Shown here: positions 10,577 through 21,600 of the stretch, one piece after another
Layout of the letters: every line of letters begins with the position of its first letter
Position numbering within the stretch: position 1 is the stretch's first letter
Source: an uncultured Actinomycetota bacterium
GTDB lineage: Bacteria; Actinomycetota; Actinomycetes; JAHEKZ01
Direction of reading: 5' to 3'
NCBI GenBank assembly: GCA_963718235.1
Contig: CAVQYR010000002.1
Coordinates: 96,001-160,000 of the forward strand
DNA: 64,000 nucleotides
The notes under the pieces: model-generated
Seen by the model: only the letters and a program-made list of their open reading frames with translations
Database searches by the model: none
What the model was told of the DNA's origin: nothing
Program-made: the position numbers and the translations under genes

Positions 10577-10822
10577 ATGACCCCCGACGAAGCCCGAGCC
10601 ATGGTGGTCGACCTGATCGGCCGGATCGCCCCCGAGGCCGACCTGGACGACGCCGACCCGGCCCAGGACCTGCGTGACGAGATCGACCTGGACTCCCTGG
10701 ACTTCCTGGGGCTGGTGGAGGGAATCAAGGAGCGCACCGGCGTCGACGTCCCGGAGGAGGACTACCCCCAGGTGCGCTCGCTGGACGGCGTGGTCGCCTA
10801 CCTCGCCGCCCGCGCCCCCTGA
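10577..10822 (+). CDS. Acyl carrier protein
   Basis: 81 aa, acidic, LDSLDF phosphopantetheine site, GVDVPEEDY; SD gagga. Confidence 0.88.
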   Translation: MTPDEARAMVVDLIGRIAPEADLDDADPAQDLRDEIDLDSLDFLGLVEGIKERTGVDVPEEDYPQVRSLDGVVAYLAARAP

Positions 10823-10841
10823 CCCGACCCCCCACCACCCC

Positions 10842-10909
10842 CAAGTTGATCATGGAGAAGATGGGCTCCAAACCGGTTGAACTGGCAGATCAAGTCCAAG
10901 ATCAACTTG
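10842..10909. repeat. 68-bp terminally palindromic dispersed repeat (REP/MITE-like), copy 1
   Basis: Terminal inverted repeats CAAGTTGATC...GATCAACTTG; 56/68 identical, ungapped, to the reverse complement of 29144-29211. Confidence 0.88.
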
Positions 10910-10939
10910 GGGGGGCGGGGGGTGGGCGGGGGTCCCGGG

Positions 10940-10966
10940 TTTGCACTCGGGGGCGGAGAGTGCTAA
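10940..10966 (+). promoter_or_regulatory. CIRCE element 1 (HrcA operator)
   Basis: TTTGCACTC-N9-GAGTGCTAA. Confidence 0.9.
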
Positions 10967-10974
10967 TCATGGAG

Positions 10975-12751
<1,777 letters not shown>

Positions 12752-12771
12752 GTCCACCAGCACCACACAGC

Positions 12772-12801
12772 AAGGGCGGTCCCCGAAAGGGGACCGCCCT
12801 T
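12772..12801 (+). terminator. Intrinsic terminator hairpin after groEL
   Basis: Perfect 13-bp stem aagggcggtcccc-GAAA-ggggaccgccctt. Confidence 0.88.
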
Positions 12802-12841
12802 CTGCATGTCCCCTACGATCGTCGCAGGTGAGGGTTCCACA

Positions 12842-14041
12842 ATGGCCGCTGTGAGCAACAAGCCGACCGAGCCGGACCGGCCCGCGTCCGACGGGCCACC
12901 GACGGACTACAAGGTCTCGTCGCTGGAGCTGTTCTTCGACCTGGTCTTCGTCTTCGCGCTGACCCAGGTGACCGGCCTGCTCGCCGAGGACCTCTCCTGG
13001 GCGGGCATGCTGCGTGGCGTCGCCGTCTTGGCCATGGTGTGGTGGGCCTGGGTCGGCTACGCCTGGCTGACCAACTCGATCCCCATCGAGGACGACGACC
13101 GGTCGCGCATCGTCGTCCTTCTCGCGATGGTCGCCATGCTCATCGTCGGGCTCTCGATCCCGCACGCGTTCGGCAACGACGGCATCCTGTTCGGGCTGTC
13201 CTACCTCGTCGTCGTCCTGCTCTTCCTGACCTTGTACGCCGTGTCCGCCAGGAACGAACCTGACCTGTTGCGCGCCATCCGCAAGCTCACGCCGGGGGTG
13301 CTGGCGGCCCCGACTCTCATTGCGATCGCTGGGTTCTTCGACCAGGGAGTCGTGCGTGCGACGCTGTGGGTCGTTGCGCTGCTGATCACGTTCATCGCCC
13401 CGTTGGTCTCGGGCACCTCCGGCTGGCGGGTCCGCCCCAGCCACTTCGCCGAGCGCCACGGCCTGGTGGTGATCATCGCCCTGGGCGAGTCGCTCGTCGC
13501 CTTGGGCGTTGCGGCCTCAGGCGTCGCGATCAGTGCGGGGCTGCTCGTGGCTGCAGGGCTGGGCGTTGCCGTCGTGGCCACCATGTGGTGGCTCTACTTC
13601 GACGTCGTGTCGCTGGCCGCGGAGCGCCGCCTGCACCAGCTCAGCGGCGCCGCGCGCAACGCGCTGGCCCGTGACGCCTACAGCTACATCCACGGGCTCA
13701 TGGTGCTCGGCATCGTCTTCGTGGCCTTGGGGTTGAAGAAGGCCATGTTCGACCTCGACGACCCGATGAAGCCGGTGCCTGCGGTGGCCCTCCTGGGCGG
13801 GCTGGCGGTCTACCTGCTCGGTCATCTGCTGTTCCGACTGCGAAACATCGGCAGCCTCAACGTCGCACGTGCCGTCGCGGCGGTTGTGCTGCTGGCGCTC
13901 ATCCCGGTTGCCCTGGTGATCCCAGCGCTGCCGTTGCTGGTCCTGGTGACCGGCGTGATGCTGGTCCTGGTCGCCTACGAGGGCAAGTCCTACGCGGCGG
14001 TACGCCAGAAGCTTCGCCACCCGGAGACATCTGCACAGTGA
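12842..14041 (+). CDS. Low temperature requirement protein A (LtrA family membrane protein)
   Basis: LELFFDLVFVFALTQ, WWAW, HFAERHGL.VIIALGES, MWWLYF. Start could instead be GTG at 12851. Confidence 0.88.
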   Translation: MAAVSNKPTEPDRPASDGPPTDYKVSSLELFFDLVFVFALTQVTGLLAEDLSWAGMLRGVAVLAMVWWAWVGYAWLTNSIPIEDDDRSRIVVLLAMVAMLIVGLSIPHAFGNDGILFGLSYLVVVLLFLTLYAVSARNEPDLLRAIRKLTPGVLAAPTLIAIAGFFDQGVVRATLWVVALLITFIAPLVSGTSGWRVRPSHFAERHGLVVIIALGESLVALGVAASGVAISAGLLVAAGLGVAVVATMWWLYFDVVSLAAERRLHQLSGAARNALARDAYSYIHGLMVLGIVFVALGLKKAMFDLDDPMKPVPAVALLGGLAVYLLGHLLFRLRNIGSLNVARAVAAVVLLALIPVALVIPALPLLVLVTGVMLVLVAYEGKSYAAVRQKLRHPETSAQ

Positions 14042-14055
14042 CCGCGCCGCGGCGG

Positions 14056-14464
14056 TCAGTCCGTGCGGCTCAGCGTGGCCCGTCCGAGGGTCACGAGCCG
14101 CGCGGGGTCGTCGGCCGCAGCGATCTCGACGTCGACGACCGCCTGCCGGCGTCCGGCCCGACGTACGAGCGCACGAACCACGTGCGGCTGCGGTCGGGCC
14201 AGCCGCAGGAAGTCCAGCCGCAGGTCGGCCACGACCCACGTTCCCTCGTGGTCGCGGACCAGTGCCTCCCAGGCCGCCGTGTCGACACAGGTCGCGAGGA
14301 CTCCGCCGTGCAGGTAGGCCACCGGTTCGGTGGAACCGACGGCGAGCGCGGCGGGGTCGAGCAGCAGCACCGTCCAGGCGCCGTCGTCCTCGCCTCGGGT
14401 GAGTCCGAGTGCGGCATCCAGCGGGTGCGGCACTCCCACCGACAGGGGTGCGGTCAGTCGTCAT
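14056..14464 (-). CDS. PaaI-family thioesterase (one apparent +1 insertion near 14440)
   Basis: LHGGVLATCVD hotdog motif. ATG 14464 is preceded by TACTCT-N6; span is 3n+1. Confidence 0.75.
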
Positions 14465-14496
14465 CGATGCAGAGTAGGGCCTGGCATGCTGCGGGA

Positions 14497-14790
14497 GTGG
14501 CGATCCTCATCGACGATGCCCAGGTTCCCGAGCACGGTCGGCTGTGGTGCCACCTGACGAGCGACACGTCCTTCGACGAGCTGCACGCCTTCGCGCGCCT
14601 GATCGGCATCCCCGAGCGCGGCTTCGACGGCGACCACTACGACGTCCCAGTGGAGCGGCGCGACGACATCGTCGCGGCCGGGGCGTTGGCGGTGACGTCA
14701 CGGGAGCTCGTCGCCGCCCTGCACGCCGCCGGCCTGCGGCGCCGACGTCCGCGCAGCGCGAAGCGTCGCCCACCCGCTCCATCCACCTGA
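14497..14790 (+). CDS. DUF4031 domain protein
   Basis: ILIDD...HGRLWCHLTSDTSFDELHAFA..IGIPERGFDGDHYDVP. Confidence 0.88.
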   Translation: MAILIDDAQVPEHGRLWCHLTSDTSFDELHAFARLIGIPERGFDGDHYDVPVERRDDIVAAGALAVTSRELVAALHAAGLRRRRPRSAKRRPPAPST

Positions 14791-14799
14791 TCGCGAGGG

Positions 14800-15252
14800 T
14801 CAACGGGGCCGGCACGGGACGTACACCAGAGTCCGGGGCTCCGCCACCTCCGGGCCGTCCAGGTACACCTCCCACGGGGGGCCAGAGGCCTCCCAGTCGC
14901 TGTCGACCAGCCAGTCCTGTGCTGCTTGGTGGGCCGAGGGGACCGTGCCGTACGAACCCCTGTGCAGCACCTCGACCACCGGACCACCCGGGATAGACGA
15001 GCACTCGACCCGACCAGTCGGTTCCACCGGTGCACTCGTCGGGAAGCCGGCTTCGACCTCGATGCCCTCTGCAGTCGGCACGTAGCAACCGAACGGCATC
15101 CCGACCACTCGCAGGCCCTGCACTCCGATGACACCCATCACCTCGCTGAACGCCCCACCGAGGAACTCCGCGATCCCCTCCTCTGACACGACGCCCCGCA
15201 CGACTGCCGTCGGCTGCTCCTGAACCTCGACCCGTTCGACCTGGTACGACAT
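14800..15252 (-). CDS. GyrI-like small-molecule-binding domain protein
   Basis: QPTAVVR...VEAGFP...HRGSY...GPPWEVYLDGP. Confidence 0.82.
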   Translation of the reverse strand: MSYQVERVEVQEQPTAVVRGVVSEEGIAEFLGGAFSEVMGVIGVQGLRVVGMPFGCYVPTAEGIEVEAGFPTSAPVEPTGRVECSSIPGGPVVEVLHRGSYGTVPSAHQAAQDWLVDSDWEASGPPWEVYLDGPEVAEPRTLVYVPCRPR

Positions 15253-15313
15253 GAACCTCACCCTCCCTTGCCGAGCACGACCATCGAGCCGACCGTCCTT
15301 GCGGCCCGACGGG

Positions 15314-16993
15314 TCATCCGCCGACGACGTCACGCCGGTGGAAGGCGAGCAGCCCGATGCCGCACAAGGCCAGCCCGGCCGTCGTCATGACGGTCCCGGA
15401 GGTGGCCGCCCAAGGAGCCATGGGCACCCAGGCGAGATGCGTGAACGGCGAGAGGTCGAGCAGCCACGACGGCCACGACAGCGGTGGCCCCAGCAGCGTC
15501 ACGACGTAGCCCACCACCGTGAGCGACACCGGGAGCGCGACGGTGAGCCGCGGCAGCAGCCCGAAGGTCAACACCGTCGCTCCACCAACCAGCGCCAGGA
15601 CCGGCAGGCAGTTGAGCATCGAGCGCATCGACTCGCCGAAGGACACGTCGTCGGACCCCGAGGCCACACACCCGAGCCAGAAGGCTGCGCCGGTGAGCAC
15701 GATCAGCGCCACGCCTCCCAGTGCTGCCAGGGTGGCGTGCCCACCGAGCCAGCGCAGCCGAGAGACCGGGCGCGTGAGTATGGTCTCGGCCCGTCCGGAC
15801 TCCTCCTCCGCGCGGGCTGCACCAAGCCGCCACACGACGTACAGCGCGATCGCCAGGCCGAACATCTGAGCCAGCACGGCGACGAACCCCTGGGTGGTGA
15901 GGGCCTGGTCATAGCCCAGCTGCTCGAACAGCCGCTGGTAGTCCTGGTCCTTCGCCAGCCAGTCGATCATGGTGGTGACCAGTGCTCCCTGGACCGCAGC
16001 CAGGACGGCAAGTCCGAAGGCCCAGGCGACCAGCACCGCCCGGTTGCTGCGCCAGGCGAAGGCCAGTGGGCTCGTGAGCAGGCGCAGGTGGGGCTCGCGT
16101 CCCGCCTCGGTCACGAGCAGCGCCCCGCCGAGGTCGCGCCTGCTGCGCAGCGCCACCGCAGCGCCGGCGAGGAGCAGCGGAACCAGCACGAACGGGACCA
16201 GCGCGAGCAGGTTGGGGTCGCCGTACGGTGCGAGCGCGTCCAGCCAGGCCATCGGTGAGGTCCACCTAGCCCACAGCCGCCCGTCGGTGCTGTTGGCGAA
16301 CATCCTCAGGACGTAGGCGATCGCGAGCATGATGGCCGTGAAGCCGGCCGCCCGTCGGCGAACGTCGACGAGCTGGCACATGACGGCGGCGACCCCGGCG
16401 AACGTCGCCGCCGCTCCGGCGAGGCCGACGCCGAACAGCACGGCCCCCTGGACGCCTTGCCCCGAGAGGGCCAGGGCCGCGGCGGCAGCCGTGCCGATGA
16501 GTACGGCCGAACCGAACACGACGGCGAGCGCAGATGCCGTGTGGTAGCGGGCACGGACCGGCCCGGCCAGGAGCAGGTCGGCGCGCTCGGCGTCCTCCTC
16601 ACCGCGGAGCAGTCGGGTCGTCGTGAGCAGCGCCCAGACGCACACGAGCAGCTGCATGAACCAGCCGCCGTCCCACAGGGTGAACCCACCGGCGGTGTCC
16701 AGGCCGACCGGAACGCCCTGCATGATGCGCGAGACCGGATTGTCCGTGAACATCTCGAACTGCACCTGGGACACGCCGTTCGGGTAGGCGGCGCCGTAGC
16801 TGGCGACCTCGAGGGCGACGTATGCGGCGATGGCCACGGCCATCAGCAGGGCGCCGCGCCGGGTCAGCCGGATCCACAGTCGCGCGACCGTGCGCCGAGG
16901 GCGCCCGCGGTCGCGGGCGTGCGTTAACTCTGCGGCCCCTCGACCTGCTGGCGGAGGCGCAACCGCGTGAACCCGCTCGTCGATGTTGGTCAT
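15314..16993 (-). CDS. ABC-2 type exporter permease (polyketide/antibiotic exporter-like)
   Basis: Internally duplicated multi-TM protein: RGEEDAERADLLLAGPV / RAEEESGRAETILTRPV; LSPFTH; ends FHRRDV. Confidence 0.85.
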   Translation of the reverse strand: MTNIDERVHAVAPPPAGRGAAELTHARDRGRPRRTVARLWIRLTRRGALLMAVAIAAYVALEVASYGAAYPNGVSQVQFEMFTDNPVSRIMQGVPVGLDTAGGFTLWDGGWFMQLLVCVWALLTTTRLLRGEEDAERADLLLAGPVRARYHTASALAVVFGSAVLIGTAAAAALALSGQGVQGAVLFGVGLAGAAATFAGVAAVMCQLVDVRRRAAGFTAIMLAIAYVLRMFANSTDGRLWARWTSPMAWLDALAPYGDPNLLALVPFVLVPLLLAGAAVALRSRRDLGGALLVTEAGREPHLRLLTSPLAFAWRSNRAVLVAWAFGLAVLAAVQGALVTTMIDWLAKDQDYQRLFEQLGYDQALTTQGFVAVLAQMFGLAIALYVVWRLGAARAEEESGRAETILTRPVSRLRWLGGHATLAALGGVALIVLTGAAFWLGCVASGSDDVSFGESMRSMLNCLPVLALVGGATVLTFGLLPRLTVALPVSLTVVGYVVTLLGPPLSWPSWLLDLSPFTHLAWVPMAPWAATSGTVMTTAGLALCGIGLLAFHRRDVVGG

Positions 16994-17949
16994 GGGTGCT
17001 CGCCCGGATCTGGTCGCGGATCCCCCGTGACCCCGTGAGCTGCCGCTACCGCCTGACGCTGAGACGTGCTGGTCTCGTAGTAGGTGAGGAAGATCTGCTC
17101 GAGCGTCGGCGCGTGCGCGTGCAGGCGAGTCAGGCCGACTGCGTTCAGCCGGGTCAGCACCTCACCGGGTGCACCGGCCACGGTGAGGCGAACCCCGCCC
17201 GGGATCACCTCCTGCGCAACGACGTCGGGCAGGTCGGCGAACGACGGCACCGGACCCTCCAGCTCGGCCTCGAGGATCGTTGTGGTGAGTCGCCGTAGCT
17301 CGTCGAGGGTCGCGACCTCGACGAGAACGCCGGAGCGCAGGATGCCGACCCGGTGGCACACGTCCTCGACCTCGTCGAGCAGGTGCGACGACAAGAACAC
17401 GGTCTGTCCCCGGGCTGAGGCGTCCCTCGCCAGCGCCTGGAACTCTGCCTCCATCAACGGGTCGAGCCCCACGGTCGGCTCGTCCAGCAGCAGGAGGTCG
17501 GGACGGGTCATGAACGCCGCGACCAGCGAGACCTTCTGCCGGTTGCCCTTGGAGTACGAACGAACGCGTCGGCTCGGGTCGAGGTCGAGCCGGTCGCACA
17601 GCTCGTCGCGGAACCTGATGTCGACGTTGCCGGACAGGTTGCCGAGCAGCTCGAGGGTCTCCGCCCCGGTCAGCTGGGGCCACAGCGCGACGTCGCCGGG
17701 GACGCAGCCCACCGACCGGTGCGCCCGCTCCACGTCGGACACGGGGACCCCCGCCAGCCAGGCGTGCCCGGCGGTGGGACGAAGCAGTCCGAGCAGCAGC
17801 TTGATGGTCGTCGACTTGCCGGCACCGTTGGGGCCGAGGAACCCGAAGATCTCACCCGGCTGGACCTCCAGGTCGAGATGGTCGAGCGCGACGACCTCTC
17901 CGTAGTGCTTGGTGAGGCCTTGCGTGCGGATCGCCGGCACGGTCGCCAT
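16990..17949 (-). CDS. ABC transporter ATP-binding protein
   Basis: GPNGAGKST, YSKGNRQK, LLLDEPT, SSH; ATG 17949 with SD ggaggtg. Confidence 0.92.
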   Translation of the reverse strand: MATVPAIRTQGLTKHYGEVVALDHLDLEVQPGEIFGFLGPNGAGKSTTIKLLLGLLRPTAGHAWLAGVPVSDVERAHRSVGCVPGDVALWPQLTGAETLELLGNLSGNVDIRFRDELCDRLDLDPSRRVRSYSKGNRQKVSLVAAFMTRPDLLLLDEPTVGLDPLMEAEFQALARDASARGQTVFLSSHLLDEVEDVCHRVGILRSGVLVEVATLDELRRLTTTILEAELEGPVPSFADLPDVVAQEVIPGGVRLTVAGAPGEVLTRLNAVGLTRLHAHAPTLEQIFLTYYETSTSQRQAVAAAHGVTGDPRPDPGEHP

Positions 17950-18101
17950 GACACACCTCCAGGGACGGGACCCCTTGGGAGGCCGGGGTCGCCCCGCCCA
18001 GCGTCGGTCACTTCCAGTGTCGGTCCAACGGCGCCCGCTGGCCAGGGCCGCTCGTCCCGAGCCGGGTCCCGCTCCCACGTTCCCGGTCGGGACGTGTGGG
18101 C

Positions 18102-18692
18102 TCACGCCTCCAGAACGGTGACCTCGCGGGCGACCTGCCGGCGGGCCTCCTGCTCCCAGTGCCCACGACCATGGGACGTCGAGAACAGGTGCTCGCGGTC
18201 GAGGAGTCGGTGCAGCACCGCTGCCCGCCCCCGGCGGAAGGCGGCGTCGTCGATGAACGCGTACTCCTCACGGACGCCCCGTGCATAGGCGGCGTACCGG
18301 TCGGCGTCGCTGGCCAGGATCGACAGGTCGGCGTCGCACAGGACCGCGGCCCGGACGTCGCCGGGGTCGACCGCGTGGTCGGCCGTGACCGTGACCAACC
18401 GGGCCACTTCCTCTGCGACGCCCGCCGTGTCGCCGTCCGCGCGCAGCACGGTGAGCGCCAGGTCGGCACTGCGTTGCTCGTTGTCCGAGGCGGTGGGGTC
18501 GTAGACCGCGTCGTGGAACCACGCGGCCAGCCGCACGATCGCACGGTCGTCGTCGGCGAGCTGCTCGGCCGCTGCCAGCTCGTCGACGGCCTCGAGCACC
18601 GTGTCGACGTGCTTCTGGTCGTGGTAGCGCCGGTGCGGCTCGGCGTACCGGGCGCGCAGCCCCGCAGCGGCGACGATCGCGGACTCGTCCAC
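18102..18692 (-). CDS. HD-domain metal-dependent phosphohydrolase
   Basis: YAEPHRRYH, AAWFHDAVYDP, NEQRSA, LCDADLSILA, VREEY. Confidence 0.88.
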   Translation of the reverse strand: MDESAIVAAAGLRARYAEPHRRYHDQKHVDTVLEAVDELAAAEQLADDDRAIVRLAAWFHDAVYDPTASDNEQRSADLALTVLRADGDTAGVAEEVARLVTVTADHAVDPGDVRAAVLCDADLSILASDADRYAAYARGVREEYAFIDDAAFRRGRAAVLHRLLDREHLFSTSHGRGHWEQEARRQVAREVTVLEA

Positions 18693-18699
18693 GACTCGG

Positions 18700-19668
18700 C
18701 TACGGCGTGACGACGATCTTGCCGAACGCCTCGCCCGAGGCCAGGCGCTCGACCGCGGAGGCCGCGTCGGCCAGGGTGAACGTCGAGTCGACCTGTGGGC
18801 GCAGTCCCGACCCGACCATCAGGGCGAGGACCGCCTCGAGCTCCTCGCGGGTGCCCATCGTGGACCCGATGACCGAAAGCTGCAGGAAGAAGACCCGGTT
18901 CAGGTCGGCTGAGGGAGCCGCACCGCTCGTCGCCCCGCAGACCACGACTCGCCCGCCGGGCCGCAGCGCCTTCAGCGAGTGCGACCAGGTGGCCTCTCCG
19001 ACCGACTCGAGCACGGCGTCGACGCGTTCGGGCAGGCGGGCACCGGTCTCGAACGCGGCATCGGCCCCGAGCTGCAGCGCATGGTCACGCCGCGCTTCAT
19101 CACGGGAGGTGACCCACACCCGGGCCCCCATCGACTGGGCCAGCACGATGGCCGCAGTGCTGACGCCACCCCCGGCGCCCTGAACGAGCACGGTCTCACC
19201 GGCGCGCACCTGCCCCCGCGTGGTCAGCATGCGGTACGCCGTCAGCCAGGCCGTCGGTACGCAGGCGGCCTCCGCCGCAGAGAGCTCGGCGGGCTTGGCG
19301 ACCAGGTTGCGGGCCGGCACGGTCAGCCGCTGGGCGAGCGTGCCGTTGTAGCGCTCGCTCAGCAGCGACCGCTTGGGGTCGAACGTCTCGTCGCCACCCC
19401 CAGCGGCCGGGTCGCCGATGACGGCATGGACGACGTACTCGTTGCCCTCGTGGTCGACCGCGGCAGCGTCGGTGCCGAGGACCATCGGCAGCTGCTCCTC
19501 GCGCAGGCCGACACCCTTCAGGGACCACAGGTCGTGGTGGTTCAGCGACGCGGCGGTGACGGTCACCGTGACCCAGCCGTCGGGCGCGGGGAGCTCGGCG
19601 ACGTCCCCGACGGTGAGGCCGGCCAACGGCTGGTCGGGGTGGAACGAAGTGACGCTGGCAGCGATCAC
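18700..19668 (-). CDS. Zinc-binding dehydrogenase / NADPH:quinone oxidoreductase family
   Basis: LNHHDLW, PTAWLTAYRML, QGAGGGVS, GATSG, GSTMG, FGKIV. Confidence 0.9.
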   Translation of the reverse strand: MIAASVTSFHPDQPLAGLTVGDVAELPAPDGWVTVTVTAASLNHHDLWSLKGVGLREEQLPMVLGTDAAAVDHEGNEYVVHAVIGDPAAGGGDETFDPKRSLLSERYNGTLAQRLTVPARNLVAKPAELSAAEAACVPTAWLTAYRMLTTRGQVRAGETVLVQGAGGGVSTAAIVLAQSMGARVWVTSRDEARRDHALQLGADAAFETGARLPERVDAVLESVGEATWSHSLKALRPGGRVVVCGATSGAAPSADLNRVFFLQLSVIGSTMGTREELEAVLALMVGSGLRPQVDSTFTLADAASAVERLASGEAFGKIVVTP

Positions 19669-19729
19669 GCGGGCTCAGCTCCTTGGCTTTCGTCGGGGGT
19701 GGTCACGGCTGCGGGGCGCCGTCGGTGGA

Positions 19730-20362
19730 TCAGGCTCGCCGGGCCGCGCGGGCGAGGGCGTCAGCGGGCAGCCCGAGCTCGAGGGTCGCCGCCACCCGGG
19801 CGTGGTGCAGCAGCTGCTTGCGCGACATCGAGCGGGACAGCGTGTAGCGGACACCTAGCCCGTCGAGGAGCGCGGCGAGGCGCACTGCGACCGCCTCTGG
19901 GTCGTCGCAGCGGAACTCCCCGGACGCCTGCCCGTCGCGGACGACGGACTCCAGCACGTCGACCCAGGCCGCGTCGAGCTCCTCGGAGATCGCTGCGAGC
20001 GAGGGGTCGCGCAGCCCGGCCCCCCACGCGTCGATCCACAGCAGCCAGCTCTGGTCGTCGCCCGGTGCCGGCATGTAGTGGCGCAGCACCTTGTCCAGCC
20101 GCTCGACGGCGGTCCCGCGTCCGGCGGCGATCTGCTCGGCCCGCTGGATGTCGGCGGCGGCCGCGGTGCGCATCATCTCGGTGAGCAGGACGTCCTTGGT
20201 GGCGAAGTGGTAGTGGATGAGCCCGCCGGAGACGTCGGTGGCCTTGGCCACGTCGGCGACCCGGGTGTTGGCCAGCCCCCGCTCCAGGACGACCCGGTGC
20301 GCGGCCTCGAGCAGCTCGACCCTTCGCGCTGCTACCTGGTCGGCCCGGCTGGTCGTCGTCAC
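19730..20362 (-). CDS. TetR/AcrR family regulator (BetI-like C-terminus)
   Basis: HTH GLANTRVADVAKATDVSGGLIHYHFATKD; C-terminal ALLDGLG. Confidence 0.92.
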   Translation of the reverse strand: MTTTSRADQVAARRVELLEAAHRVVLERGLANTRVADVAKATDVSGGLIHYHFATKDVLLTEMMRTAAAADIQRAEQIAAGRGTAVERLDKVLRHYMPAPGDDQSWLLWIDAWGAGLRDPSLAAISEELDAAWVDVLESVVRDGQASGEFRCDDPEAVAVRLAALLDGLGVRYTLSRSMSRKQLLHHARVAATLELGLPADALARAARRA

Positions 20363-20381
20363 CGGCCCAGACTACCTTTCG

Positions 20382-20400
20382 CTTACTGATTGTTCAGTCA
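20382..20400. promoter_or_regulatory. Putative TetR operator 1
   Basis: ACTGA-N4-TCAGT palindrome; reverse complement TGACTGAACAATCAGTAAG is 17/19 identical to 24821-24839. Confidence 0.72.
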
Positions 20401-20440
20401 ATGGCTCCCTCTTCCGGCACCCCTTCCGTACACTGCCGCA

Positions 20441-21598
20441 ATGACTGTGAACGCCTCATCCTCCAGCCCCGACCCCGCCGGCGGCGGCCGCATCGACCTG
20501 GTGGGCCTCCGCAAGGAGTTCGACGGGATCCCGGCGGTCGACGGGATCGACCTGTCGATCGCGGCCGGTGAGTTCTTCGCCCTGCTCGGACCGTCGGGCT
20601 GCGGCAAGACCACCACGCTGAGGATGATCGCCGGGTTCGAGCGGCCGACCGACGGTGAGATCCGGCTGGACGGCACCGACCTGTCCCAGACGCCGCCGAA
20701 CAAGCGTCCGGTCAACACGGTGTTCCAGAGCTATGCGCTCTTCCCGCACATGACCGTGCGCGACAACGTCGGGTACGGGCTGCGCTGGGTCAAGGGTCTG
20801 ACCAAGAGCGACAAGGTCCGCCGGGTCGACGAGGTGATCGAGCAGGTGCGGCTCACCGAGCTCGCCGAGCGACGACCGACCCAGATGTCCGGCGGGCAGC
20901 AGCAGCGGGTGGCCCTGGCCCGGGCCCTGGTCCTGCGTCCCAAGGTGCTCCTGCTCGACGAGCCGCTGGGGGCACTGGACGCCAAGCTGCGCAAGGAGCT
21001 GCGCTCCGAGCTCACCAACGTGCACCGTGAGGTGGGCATCACGTTCCTGCTGGTCACCCACGACCAGGAGGAGGCGCTGGAGATGTCGGACCGGCTGGCG
21101 GTGATGAACATGGGCCTCGTGGCCCAGTGCGGCACGCCGCAGGAGGTCTACGAGGCACCGCAGACCGAGTTCGTGGCCGACTTCCTGGGGGCGGCCAACG
21201 TCCTCGACGTCGAGGTGCTGGGGTCGGCCGGGCCCAGCCAGCGCACGGTGCGCATCGGCGGGCACGAGGTCGTCGCCACGGCCCCGGCCGATCCCGACAC
21301 GTACTCCGACCGCGCCATCATCAGGCCGGAGCGGCTGCGCGTCTTCATGGAGTCTGCGACCATCCCAGACGACCTGGCCCGGATCCCGGGGATCGTCGAC
21401 AACGTCGTCTACATCGGCCCCACCACGCAGGTGCGGGTGCGGCTTCCCCATGGACCAGCGGTGCAGGCGATGCTGATCAACGAGGACGGCGCCCGCGACC
21501 TCGCCTCGGGCACGCCCGTCACGTTGGGGATCGGACCCGACTCCATCCGCGTGCTCCAGCGTGACCTGATCTCGGAGGCAGCGCTCGCGTCGTCCTGA
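20441..21598 (+). CDS. Polyamine (PotA-like) ABC transporter ATP-binding protein
   Basis: GPSGCGKTT, VNTVFQSYALFPHM, SGGQQQR, LDEPLGALD, THDQEEA; TOBE-like tail. Confidence 0.9.
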   Translation: MTVNASSSSPDPAGGGRIDLVGLRKEFDGIPAVDGIDLSIAAGEFFALLGPSGCGKTTTLRMIAGFERPTDGEIRLDGTDLSQTPPNKRPVNTVFQSYALFPHMTVRDNVGYGLRWVKGLTKSDKVRRVDEVIEQVRLTELAERRPTQMSGGQQQRVALARALVLRPKVLLLDEPLGALDAKLRKELRSELTNVHREVGITFLLVTHDQEEALEMSDRLAVMNMGLVAQCGTPQEVYEAPQTEFVADFLGAANVLDVEVLGSAGPSQRTVRIGGHEVVATAPADPDTYSDRAIIRPERLRVFMESATIPDDLARIPGIVDNVVYIGPTTQVRVRLPHGPAVQAMLINEDGARDLASGTPVTLGIGPDSIRVLQRDLISEAALASS

Positions 21599-21600
21599 CC

